Of a stretch of DNA of 36,231 bases, positions 8,818 to 17,312 are shown in pieces; position 1 is the first letter of the stretch; every line of letters starts with the position of its first letter. The notes under the pieces were generated by a model. The model had not been told where the DNA came from and ran no database searches. It was given only the letters and a program-made list of their open reading frames with translations. The stretch spans positions 1-36,231 of the forward strand of contig DASXBV010000064.1 of assembly GCA_036491515.1 (NCBI GenBank), in the 5' to 3' direction. The DNA comes from Chthoniobacterales bacterium (lineage in GTDB: Bacteria; Verrucomicrobiota; Verrucomicrobiia; Chthoniobacterales; JAFAMB01). Position numbers and translations under genes: made by a program.

Positions 8818-9402
8818 ATTCAGCAACAGCAGATCCGCGTCAACGGCCGAATTCGCGCACGAGAAGTGCGGGTTATTCTAGGCACGACCAACGAACAGTT
8901 GGGAATCATGAAACTGCAGGATGCGCTGCGAAGAGCTCAATCGCTCGGGCTCGACCTGGTCGAGGTGGCTCCTACCGCGAACCCGCCGGTTTGCAAGATT
9001 GTCGATTTTGGAAAGTACCGATACGACCTTTCCAAACAGGAGAAGGATCGCAAATCAACCGCGTCCAAGCTCAAGGAGATCAAGTTCCGGGTGAATATCG
9101 ATCCGCACGATTACATGATCAAGGTGCGGCACGCTGAGCAATTTCTGGACAAGGGCAACAAGGTGAAGTTTCAGCTTCAGTTTCGCGGTCGGGAAATGAG
9201 CCATAAAGAACTCGGCGACCAGTTAATGCGACGTTTGAAGGAGGACCTCTCTACGATGGGACAGGTAGAGATGGAACCGAAGCTAATGGGTAAGAGTATC
9301 AATATGACCATGTCACCGCTTCCCGTGAACAAGCGGAAGCGAAAATTCACCGTTGAAGACGAGGAACTTCCTCCGGAGCCACTCGATTCCGAAGAATCGT
9401 AA
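8818..9402 (+). CDS. infC: Translation initiation factor IF-3, ATT start codon
   Basis: The frame is open from 8806 (in-frame TGA at 8803-8805). An ATT at 8818 sits 7 nt after a gaggaga SD (8804-8810). Translation IQQQQIRVNGRIRAREVRVILGTTNEQLGIM matches the conserved IF-3 N-terminus, which the track ORF (GTG 8866) truncates. Confidence 0.85.
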   Translation: MQQQQIRVNGRIRAREVRVILGTTNEQLGIMKLQDALRRAQSLGLDLVEVAPTANPPVCKIVDFGKYRYDLSKQEKDRKSTASKLKEIKFRVNIDPHDYMIKVRHAEQFLDKGNKVKFQLQFRGREMSHKELGDQLMRRLKEDLSTMGQVEMEPKLMGKSINMTMSPLPVNKRKRKFTVEDEELPPEPLDSEES

Positions 9403-9484
9403 GCCTAGCCCGCAAAACCGAATCTTGACACGCTCTCTCTTGGGATGTAGTGGTGGCCTCCCGCGACTTTCCAACCGAATCCTT

Positions 9485-10021
9485 ATGCCTGACGCCGAAA
9501 TAATTTTGAAGGAAAACATCCCCGGTTTGGGTGCCGAGGCTGATATTGTCAAGGTCCGAAAGGGCTATGCGCGGAATCACTTGATTCCAACCGGAAAAGC
9601 CTATGAGGTCACCCCCTCGAATCTGAAGCGCCTCAACCAGTTGAAAACCAATCGCGCCGAACGAGAGGCCCGTGAACTCAATGAAGCTGAGGAACTTGCC
9701 CGCAAGATTAATAAATTAAGGCTCGAGTTTACCCTGCACACCGGCGAGACGGGAAAGGCTTTTGGTTCAGTCACGGCAAAAGACATTGAAGATAAGCTCC
9801 AAGCCGAATTCGGGATCACGCTCGACCGTCACAAGATCGATTTAGAGCGTTCGATCAAAGAGACCGGTGAGAAAGAGATCACCATCAAGCTGCATCACGA
9901 TGTTGCGGCGACGTTGAAAATCGAAATCAAGTCTTTTACGCCTGCTCAATCTGTTCGCGAGGAGAGCGAAGCGCCTGAGGCGAAATCAAAGGGAAGACGA
10001 AAAACGAAGCCAACTGCCTGA
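9485..10021 (+). CDS. rplI: 50S ribosomal protein L9
   Basis: The ATG at 9485 gives MPDAEIILKENIPGLGAEADIVKVRKGYARNHLIP, the canonical L9 N-terminus. The track ORF start (9353) overlaps infC and is rejected. The C-terminus has a charged extension, for 178 aa in total. Confidence 0.92.
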   Translation: MPDAEIILKENIPGLGAEADIVKVRKGYARNHLIPTGKAYEVTPSNLKRLNQLKTNRAEREARELNEAEELARKINKLRLEFTLHTGETGKAFGSVTAKDIEDKLQAEFGITLDRHKIDLERSIKETGEKEITIKLHHDVAATLKIEIKSFTPAQSVREESEAPEAKSKGRRKTKPTA

Positions 10022-10024
10022 CAA

Positions 10025-11512
10025 TTGATGGCAAAAGGTTCTCAAGGTTTGATGAAACCTGCTGAGAACCCCTTAAGCACCGAGGGGACAGCCACCGGGA
10101 AGCGAAGATCGAGTTATTCACAGGATTCTCACAGCCCATCCACAGGCAGAGAGGTTCCTCGATCCCTGCCATTTAGCGAGGACGGCGAAAAAGGTGTACT
10201 TTGTTCCCTCCTGCTGTCTCCCCGAGAGGTTGCCGACATTTGTGTTTTGCGCCTTCGTCCGGATGCATTTTACATACCGGCACATCAGATTATCTACGAT
10301 CTGATCCTCGAATTTGGTGATAAGAGTAAGCCGATCGATTTCGTCTCGCTGAAGCAGGCTCTCAAAGATCGAAATCAACTTGATGAGATCGGCGGACCCG
10401 AAGGTCTCAGCGCGCTTTTCAGCTTTGTTCCGACCGCGGCAAACGCCAGCTACTACGTTGATATCGTCCGCGAGAAGTTTGTCTTGCGCAGGTTGATTCT
10501 CGCTTGCAACAAACTTTCCACTCAGTGCTACGACCAGCAGGGCGAAATCGAGCCGTTGTTGGACGACGCGGAGAAGGAGATTTTTGCAATCACCGGAGAA
10601 CACGTCAAAACGGAGATTGTACCCACCAAAGATCTTGTAATGGAGGCAATCGAACAGATCGAAAAGTTGTATGAGAATCGGGGTTCGGTTACCGGTCTGC
10701 CGACTGGATTTATTGAGTTAGACCGGATGACCAGCGGGCTTCACGCAGCCGAGATGATCGTCATCGCAGCTCGACCGAGCATGGGAAAGACCGCGTTGGC
10801 AATGAACATTGCGGAGCACATTTCAATAGACGTCGGCAAACCTGTTGCAGTGTTCAGCCTCGAAATGAGCAGCCAGCAGCTGGTCCAAAGACTTCTCTGC
10901 TCCCGAGCTAAAGTTGATCTACAGCATGTCAGGAATGGATTTCTCTCAGAGCGAGACTTCCCGAGTCTCACAGCCGCAGCCTCCCAGCTCGCAGCCGCTA
11001 AAATGTATATCGACGACACGCCGGGTCTCACGGTCACAGAACTGCGTGCCAAGTCTCGGCGCATGAAATCGCAGTACGGTATCGAGCTTATGGTAATTGA
11101 TTACCTGCAGCTGCTTCGCTCGACGAGTCGAAGGGCACAGGATAACCGGCAATTAGAAATCTCGGAGATCTCCGGAGGAATCAAAGCCCTCGCCAAGGAA
11201 CTGAATCTGCCAATCATCGTCATTGCTCAATTGAACCGCCAACCGGACACGCGCGCCAAAGAGGGCGGTCGTCCTCGTTTGAGTGATTTGCGTGAGTCCG
11301 GCTCGATCGAACAAGATGCCGACCTCGTAGGACTGCTCGTCAGAGCAGAATACTACGAGAACTACGACACCGATGAGGAGACAAAACAGGAAAGAGCTGG
11401 CGAAGCAGAGCTGATCATAGCGAAGCAGCGGAATGGTCCCACTGGCGACGTTCTGTTGACATTCCTGAAAAAATACACGCGATTTGAATCTCGCGCCCGC
11501 GAGCACGCATAG
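10025..11512 (+). CDS. dnaB: Replicative DNA helicase DnaB
   Basis: 495 aa with Walker A ARPSMGKTALAMN, VIDYLQLL and IIAKQRNGPTG. An N-terminal extension of about 45 aa, rich in S/T, precedes the conserved DnaB N-domain. The rplI-dnaB adjacency is common. Confidence 0.93.
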   Translation: MMAKGSQGLMKPAENPLSTEGTATGKRRSSYSQDSHSPSTGREVPRSLPFSEDGEKGVLCSLLLSPREVADICVLRLRPDAFYIPAHQIIYDLILEFGDKSKPIDFVSLKQALKDRNQLDEIGGPEGLSALFSFVPTAANASYYVDIVREKFVLRRLILACNKLSTQCYDQQGEIEPLLDDAEKEIFAITGEHVKTEIVPTKDLVMEAIEQIEKLYENRGSVTGLPTGFIELDRMTSGLHAAEMIVIAARPSMGKTALAMNIAEHISIDVGKPVAVFSLEMSSQQLVQRLLCSRAKVDLQHVRNGFLSERDFPSLTAAASQLAAAKMYIDDTPGLTVTELRAKSRRMKSQYGIELMVIDYLQLLRSTSRRAQDNRQLEISEISGGIKALAKELNLPIIVIAQLNRQPDTRAKEGGRPRLSDLRESGSIEQDADLVGLLVRAEYYENYDTDEETKQERAGEAELIIAKQRNGPTGDVLLTFLKKYTRFESRAREHA

Positions 11513-11517
11513 CACCA

Positions 11518-11614
11518 GCGAAAGCTAGGAGGTAGAGGCTCCGTCCGAGCCGCGGACGACCCGCCAAGCCCGGCTCGGACGGAGCCTCCCCCTACCTAGC
11601 TAGCTAGCTTTCGC
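11518..11614. terminator. REP-like long hairpin after dnaB (ggtag...gaggctccgtccgag family) containing a (ctag)3 block
   Basis: Perfect 18-bp stem: gaggctccgtccgagccg (11535-11552) pairs with cggctcggacggagcctc (11571-11588). Outer pairing of gcgaaagctag (11518-11528) with ctagctttcgc (11604-11614). ctagctagctag lies at 11596-11607. Confidence 0.7.
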
Positions 11615-11704
11615 CTAGGCTGGGAGCCCTTCCAAAACTTGTCTTGTATTTTTCCCGCGGCGGAACACTATATCTTGTGGTCGGCTCTTGAATCTCATTC
11701 AATC

Positions 11705-12196
11705 ATGCGGTGCCCAAAATGCGGTAACCTTGAAGACAAGGTCATCGATTCACGTTCGGCGAAAGCCGGGGCGGCAATCCGGCGTCGTCGTGAATGCCTG
11801 GCATGCCAGCATCGTTTTACGACCTACGAGGAGATCGAGCGGCGCGATTTGCGGGTCATTAAGCGAGACGGCCGCCATGAGCCATTCGAGCGGCAGAAGC
11901 TTTTGAGCGGAATGGTGAAGGCCTGCGAAAAGCGGCCGGTCGGTTACGATGCTTTGGAGCGCGCGGTCGAAGAAATCATTCAGGAATTGGAGCAATCCTT
12001 CGACCATGAGGTACCTACGAGCGCTATTGGTATCCGCGTAATGGAACGATTACATTCGTTGGACGAAGTGGCTTACATCCGTTACGCATCCGTTTACCGC
12101 CAATTTCAAGACATTGGGGAGTTTATTAACGAAATCGAGTCACTCGGCCGCAAAATAAAACGCAACGCCCTTCAACCGGATCTGTTTACCCCGTGA
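11705..12196 (+). CDS. nrdR: Transcriptional repressor NrdR (zinc ribbon + ATP-cone)
   Basis: The ATG at 11705 gives MRCPKCGNLEDKVIDSR...CLACQHRFTTYE, the canonical NrdR start. The upstream part of the track ORF (11639) has no match. Confidence 0.92.
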   Translation: MRCPKCGNLEDKVIDSRSAKAGAAIRRRRECLACQHRFTTYEEIERRDLRVIKRDGRHEPFERQKLLSGMVKACEKRPVGYDALERAVEEIIQELEQSFDHEVPTSAIGIRVMERLHSLDEVAYIRYASVYRQFQDIGEFINEIESLGRKIKRNALQPDLFTP

Positions 12197-12753
12197 TAGC
12201 GCTACGCAATTCCTTACCGCTTCTTCGGCAAAATGAAAATGAAGACGGCCAGATTCGACACGACTGGCTTTGTTTTTGCATTTGTCGAGCCGCAGAGAAG
12301 GCCGGGTACAGCCGCTGGTGGCTCGCCGAACATGTCGCTGCGACTGTGATGTGTTACCTGTCAACAACATACGAATACAACGTTATCACGCTGAGACAGC
12401 TATGCGACATCGTCCGGTCAGTGCTCCAGGCCATTGGTTATGCCGAAGTGGCTCTCTGTCTGGATACGCTGCACCCCCCATTCGAACTTTCACTAAGCGA
12501 ACTCGCCAAAGAGGCCGGTCCAGGATACGAATTGGCTTTTTTCCGACTGCTGAAAGAGCGGATCCAGCTTGCATTGTGCCATCGAGCCTCGAATCTCGAT
12601 ATTTACGGACTACAGTCCTGTGTCCGGCATTTGCAAGCAGTAAAAACCTGGAGTCGTAATTGTTCTCAATTGCGAAATGAAATCGTAGATTTCCTTCGCG
12701 CACAACTGGAACGAGCTAACCTGAAAACCGATTTTCTCCTTACCATCAGATGA
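12193..12753 (+). CDS. Hypothetical protein translationally coupled to nrdR and the HIT gene
   Basis: 186-aa ORF whose GTG start overlaps the nrdR stop (GTGA at 12193-12196). Its stop overlaps the HIT start (ATGA at 12750-12753). Amino-acid composition is balanced and no family is recognised. Residues 30-90 loosely fit an ATP-cone-like helical pattern. Confidence 0.6.
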   Translation: MIALRNSLPLLRQNENEDGQIRHDWLCFCICRAAEKAGYSRWWLAEHVAATVMCYLSTTYEYNVITLRQLCDIVRSVLQAIGYAEVALCLDTLHPPFELSLSELAKEAGPGYELAFFRLLKERIQLALCHRASNLDIYGLQSCVRHLQAVKTWSRNCSQLRNEIVDFLRAQLERANLKTDFLLTIR

Positions 12754-13088
12754 CACTGTTCGAAAAAATTGCGGCCCGCGAGATTCCTGCAAAGATAATC
12801 GAGGAAGACGAGGACCTAATCGTTTTCCACGATATAAAGCCACAAGCGCCGGTTCATGTTCTTGTTGTCCCGAAAAGACCCATACCGCGTCTCGCCAACG
12901 CGACAGCACAGGACGAAAAGCTGTTAGGTAAGCTCCTGTTGAAGGCTCAGGAAATGGCCAAATCGCTTGGAATTGCGGAATCTGGATTTCGAGTCGTTAT
13001 CAATAGCGGGCGCAACGGCGGAGAATCGGTACCCCATTTGCACGTTCATCTGCTCGGAGGACGTCCGTTAGCTTGGCCGCCCGGCTAA
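12750..13088 (+). CDS. Histidine triad (HIT) nucleotide-binding protein, HinT-like
   Basis: 112 aa with the HLHVHLLGG histidine triad and the typical N-terminus LFEKIAAREIPAKII. Confidence 0.9.
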   Translation: MTLFEKIAAREIPAKIIEEDEDLIVFHDIKPQAPVHVLVVPKRPIPRLANATAQDEKLLGKLLLKAQEMAKSLGIAESGFRVVINSGRNGGESVPHLHVHLLGGRPLAWPPG

Positions 13089-13116
13089 CCCGCAAAAATC
13101 ACGCGAAAGCTGAAAG

Positions 13117-13155
13117 CAGCGAAATTTTCCGGCGTAGCCCGGCAAATTTCGCTGC
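13117..13155. terminator. Hairpin downstream of the HIT gene
   Basis: gcagcgaaattt (13117-13128) pairs with aaatttcgctgc (13144-13155), leaving a 15-nt loop. Confidence 0.5.
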
Positions 13156-13158
13156 CTG

Positions 13159-13206
13159 AGCCTGCATCGCTCACAAATCTCTAAGGATTTGTGAGCGATG
13201 CAGGCT
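13159..13206. repeat. REP-like hairpin, family 2 (copy 1): 21-bp stem, 6-nt loop
   Basis: agcctgcatcgctcacaaatc (13159-13179), loop tctaag, then gatttgtgagcgatgcaggct (13186-13206). The pairing is perfect. A second copy lies at 36050-36097. Confidence 0.8.
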
Positions 13207-13432
13207 AAGGGCTTTGCCCCGCCAATGTCGTTTAGGCGAAGCTCCCATTCCCCTTGAAACAAGGGCGGATAACCGCTGACGTGAACGCTGACTTCCAATC
13301 AAGGCCTGTCATTATCACACGCGCAGCCTGGCCTCCTGGGATTGGTAATATCGGGTCTGGGGCATTGGCCTTAAATCCCGAACACCGCAGGGCAAATTCT
13401 AAAATCTTTTCCAGCTTCCAAAGAACAAAAAC

Positions 13433-15784
13433 CTACTCGCGCAACGTCACACCAAGACGTTCCACGAGCTGCGACTTCAATCGGCCATGTGCCACGTTCG
13501 CTTCTTCCTGTGTCAAAGTCCGGTCGCTTGCTCTATATGTCAAACTGCAGGCCATCGATTTCTTCTGGGCGGGCACCTTTTCTCCGCTCGGATCCACGAA
13601 GAGATCGAACAAGCGAACGTCGGCGAGCAGCGGCTCGTTGGCCGAAGCAAAAGCATCAACCACGGCCTGGTATTTCAATTCTCGATCGGCCAGAAATGCA
13701 ACATCTCGCACCACCGCTGGAAACCGGTCCAGCGGCTTGTATCTGAACCCTTTGGGAGTCTCACCTATCCGCAAATTCAGTTCAGCGACGAAGACGGGGC
13801 CTCGCGCACCGATCTCTTTGGACAACCCGGGCCGCACCTGACCGACCTTACCCACCATGCTTCCGGCCTCATCGATTACATTGCAAACGAGCGGAGCGAA
13901 ACTCGTCGGCTGCACCCTTGCTAAAGCAAACTCCTTGCGAAACGCAGCCTTCAGCATACCCTTCAAGTCGAACAGATCGAACGGTTCAGCATCCTGGTTC
14001 CAGCTTTTGCCTTGCCGCTCTCCAGACAGAAGAATCGAAAGGCACATGTATTCCTCCGGCGCAAGGGCCCGAAAAATGCGGCCTATTTCGAATATTGCCA
14101 CGCTACTCAATCCACGATTAAAGTTTCGCTCGGCTGCTCTGACGAGGCCCGGTATCAATGACGGCCTCAAAATCTGCTGATCTTCGACCAGCGGATTTCG
14201 CAGTTTCGAAGGGTCTGGTCGCGCCTCGACGAGCAAATCGAGACTGTGCTCGTCCACTAAGGTCAAGGTTCGCGCTTCGAAAAGCCCTAGACCCACCAGC
14301 CGTTGGCGAAGCTGCATGAGTTCGTCGTGGGCACGATCGGCAGCCGAGCTTCGGGTTGCCGAACCGTAAATACGCGACGGCACTCTTTGTATTCCGGCCA
14401 TCCGGCATACCTCTTCAATCAGATCTATCTCTCGGACCAAGTCTTGCCGGAAGCTTGGTATCTCCCAGCGATTCCCCCCTGCATGTTTGAGCTCCAGTCG
14501 GGTCAGCAGTTTGGCTGAATCAGGGACCTCCATGCCCAAGACCATGTTACAACGTTCCGGACGCATCTCGACCACACCGGTCAAATTCGGTACGGAACCG
14601 CCGATGACGATGCTTTCGTCCACCTTTCCGCCGGCAACTTGCAGAAACAGATCGATTGCGCGGGCAGAAGCGAGCAATACCGCTTCCGGATCCACGCCAC
14701 GCTCGAACCGAAAACTGGAATCCGAAATCAACCCAAGACGGCGACTGGTCCGGCGAATGAAACCCGGATTGAAGTAGGCTGCCTCCAGAAGCAAATCGGT
14801 AGTGGTCGCGGCAACACCGCTTCGCTCGCCACCCATCACGCCGGCGATAGCCAGCACCCTCTCGTGATCAGCTATCACGATATCATCAGGCTCAAGCTCA
14901 TAGTCTTTTCCATCCAACGCTAACAGCTCCTCGCCGGACTTGGCCGATCGAACAACGATGCCTCCTCTGATTTTTGCGGCATCGAACACATGAAGCGGCT
15001 GACCGAGCTCTAAAAGTACGTAGTTCGTCACGTCCACCACATTGTTGATCGAGCGCAACCCCAAAGCCTCCAACCTTTGCCGGAGCCATCCTGGACTTGG
15101 TTCTACCCGAGCACCACGGAGCAAGCGCGCGGAATAAAAGGGGCAGCCCTGTGGAGCCTCGATACGAACGACGTCAGAATCTTCACGAGCGGATTCGGGC
15201 CTTGCTACAACTTGCGGCAATTTTGGCCTGGGCAGATCAAGCAGCGCGGCCAGCTCCCGCGCGATTCCGACATGGCTCAGTAAGTCAGGCCGATTCGGCG
15301 TGACTTCCACTTCGAAGATGGTATCTGGGGGAAAAAGCTCGGACAGCGGACTTCCGAGGACCGCATCGGCGGGTAAGATCAGCAAGCCGGCGGCGTCATC
15401 CGCAAGATTAAGCTCCTTCGGACTGCAAAGCATCCCCTCGGATTCGACGCCTCGCAGCTTGCTTACTTTGATTTTCACTCCGTCCGACAGAACGGCGCCC
15501 GGCAAAGCCAGCGCCACCTTATCTCCAGTCCGAAAGTTTTTCGCGCCACAGACGATTTGTCGCGACAGACTGGAACCGTCATTCACGCGGCAGACGCTCA
15601 GCCGATCCGCATTGGGATGCGGCTCGAAGGACTCAATTTGCGCCACAATTACTTTATCGAGGTCCGCGCCACGTTGTTCAACACCCTCGACCTCAACTCC
15701 GGCAAATGTCAGCGCCTCGACAATCTCCGCTACCGAATGCTGAACGAACAAAAATCCCTTCAACCAATTCAGGGACAATTTCAT
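13433..15784 (-). CDS. pheT: Phenylalanine--tRNA ligase beta subunit
   Basis: 783 aa with N-terminal MKLSLNWLK and a tRNA-binding domain. B3/4 and B5 regions are recognisable. The start overlaps the pheS stop (ATGA at 15781-15784). Confidence 0.94.
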   Translation of the reverse strand: MKLSLNWLKGFLFVQHSVAEIVEALTFAGVEVEGVEQRGADLDKVIVAQIESFEPHPNADRLSVCRVNDGSSLSRQIVCGAKNFRTGDKVALALPGAVLSDGVKIKVSKLRGVESEGMLCSPKELNLADDAAGLLILPADAVLGSPLSELFPPDTIFEVEVTPNRPDLLSHVGIARELAALLDLPRPKLPQVVARPESAREDSDVVRIEAPQGCPFYSARLLRGARVEPSPGWLRQRLEALGLRSINNVVDVTNYVLLELGQPLHVFDAAKIRGGIVVRSAKSGEELLALDGKDYELEPDDIVIADHERVLAIAGVMGGERSGVAATTTDLLLEAAYFNPGFIRRTSRRLGLISDSSFRFERGVDPEAVLLASARAIDLFLQVAGGKVDESIVIGGSVPNLTGVVEMRPERCNMVLGMEVPDSAKLLTRLELKHAGGNRWEIPSFRQDLVREIDLIEEVCRMAGIQRVPSRIYGSATRSSAADRAHDELMQLRQRLVGLGLFEARTLTLVDEHSLDLLVEARPDPSKLRNPLVEDQQILRPSLIPGLVRAAERNFNRGLSSVAIFEIGRIFRALAPEEYMCLSILLSGERQGKSWNQDAEPFDLFDLKGMLKAAFRKEFALARVQPTSFAPLVCNVIDEAGSMVGKVGQVRPGLSKEIGARGPVFVAELNLRIGETPKGFRYKPLDRFPAVVRDVAFLADRELKYQAVVDAFASANEPLLADVRLFDLFVDPSGEKVPAQKKSMACSLTYRASDRTLTQEEANVAHGRLKSQLVERLGVTLRE

Positions 15785-16797
15785 GTCGCAAACTGGGCTA
15801 AGAATCGTTGGTCATTCTCGATCAACAGGCGGATATCAGGTAAACCGAACAAGGACATCGCCAGGCGTTCGAGCCCCATTCCAAACGCGAATCCGGTCCA
15901 ATTCTCGGGATCATAAGCGCTGTCGCTCCGTCTTAAGTTGACCGCTTCGAACACGGCGGGATTGACCATTCCACACCCCAAGAGTTCCATCCATTTGCCC
16001 TCCTGGATCCCGGGCAATCGGATATCGAGTTCAAAGCTTGGCTCCGTAAAAGGAAAAAAATGGGGTCGCAGGCGAGTTTCCACCTCTTGCCCTAACAGCT
16101 CTCGAACGAAATATTCCAAAGTTCCTTTGAGGTCAGCGACGCTGACGTTGCGATCGACGTATAACCCCTCCAGCTGATTGAACTGGTTCAGGTGCGTTGC
16201 ATCGGTTTCGTCTCGGCGGTAAGCCGCTCCGGGTCCGATCACCCGGACGGGAGGTTCATTCGCAACCATCGTCCGGATCTGAACGGTCGAGGTATGCGTA
16301 CGTAGCAGTCTTCCGTCGGGCAGGTAAAATGTGTCCGAATCGTTGCGGGCCGGATGATTCGCCGGAGTGTTCAACGCGTCGAAACAGTGCCATTCAGTTT
16401 CAATATCAGGCCCGTCGGCCAACGCAAATCCCAGCCGTCGCAGAATTTGCACCGCTCTTTCCTGAAGGAGCGTCAGCGGATGCATGCCTCCGACACGAAA
16501 CGGCGTTCCTGGAAGGGTCTCGTCCACATCGCTCAAATTCTTTGCCTCTCCTTCGGACTCCAGGGCAACGAGCCGGCCGTCCAAGGCAACCGCTACCGCG
16601 TTTCGGACCTCATTTAAGAGCTTGCCGATTCGGGGACGATCCTCTTTCGGCACGTTGCGCATGTTTTCACTCAACTGAGAAATTGCGCCGGCTTTTCCCA
16701 GAAATTTCACCCGAAGATTTTCAAGGGCGATTTTGCTGTGCGCCTGTTGAATTTCGCCAAGCGCCGTTTCCTGCAATCTTTGAAGATCCTTGTCCAT
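15781..16797 (-). CDS. pheS: Phenylalanine--tRNA ligase alpha subunit
   Basis: 338 aa with class II core motifs, including RPHFFPFTEPSFE and GFAFGMGLERLAM. Confidence 0.94.
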   Translation of the reverse strand: MDKDLQRLQETALGEIQQAHSKIALENLRVKFLGKAGAISQLSENMRNVPKEDRPRIGKLLNEVRNAVAVALDGRLVALESEGEAKNLSDVDETLPGTPFRVGGMHPLTLLQERAVQILRRLGFALADGPDIETEWHCFDALNTPANHPARNDSDTFYLPDGRLLRTHTSTVQIRTMVANEPPVRVIGPGAAYRRDETDATHLNQFNQLEGLYVDRNVSVADLKGTLEYFVRELLGQEVETRLRPHFFPFTEPSFELDIRLPGIQEGKWMELLGCGMVNPAVFEAVNLRRSDSAYDPENWTGFAFGMGLERLAMSLFGLPDIRLLIENDQRFLAQFAT

Positions 16798-16815
16798 CGC
16801 AAGAAAGGGCCTGCA

Positions 16816-17187
16816 CTAGGCTGCGTTCTTTCGGTCCAAGGCCGCACCGGCTCTGTCCAAGACAGCTTTGAACGCCGTTTCGTCAGTTGCTGCCAGGTCG
16901 GCCAATACCTTGCGATCAATTTCAATTTTGCCTGCAGCCAGGCCTTCCATAAAACGGCTGTAGGACATGCCAAATTGGCGACAAGCCGCATTGATTCGTT
17001 GAATCCAGAGGTTGCGAAAATTGCGTTTCCGCGTTTTCCGATCACGGTACGCCCAATATTGGGCCTTCATCGTGGCATCTTTAGCATAACGAAAAAGCTT
17101 GGATCGGCGCCCCCGATATCCCTTGGCTTTGTCGAGAACTCTTTTACGGCGCTCTCTGCTGGCGCGCGCATTAGTTGCTCTAGGCAT
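16816..17187 (-). CDS. rplT: 50S ribosomal protein L20
   Basis: 123 aa starting MPRATNARASRERRKRVLDKAKGYRGRRS, the canonical L20 N-terminus. Confidence 0.95.
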   Translation of the reverse strand: MPRATNARASRERRKRVLDKAKGYRGRRSKLFRYAKDATMKAQYWAYRDRKTRKRNFRNLWIQRINAACRQFGMSYSRFMEGLAAGKIEIDRKVLADLAATDETAFKAVLDRAGAALDRKNAA

Positions 17188-17312
17188 GTATCTTATCCGG
17201 CATCCGCCGGATCCTCACGTACAGGTTGTTGTTCACATTTCGTTCTCCCTACCTCACCTGTCACCTCAGCCCCGAAGCATTCCGAGGCAGGCGGAGAACG
17301 GTCTGCGCTTTC

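Noticed and set aside
9425-9453. Sigma70-like promoter upstream of rplI (ttgaca, 17 nt, tagtgg)
   Set aside because: The -35 is perfect but the -10 matches poorly. The promoter consensus of this organism is unknown, so this is not reportable as a feature.
13207-13432. Possible small RNA or small ORF in the 345-nt HIT/pheT convergent spacer
   Set aside because: Beyond the two hairpins at 13117-13206 I found no recognisable RNA family motif (no tRNA, SRP, 6S or tmRNA signatures). The only ORFs there run across the hairpins.
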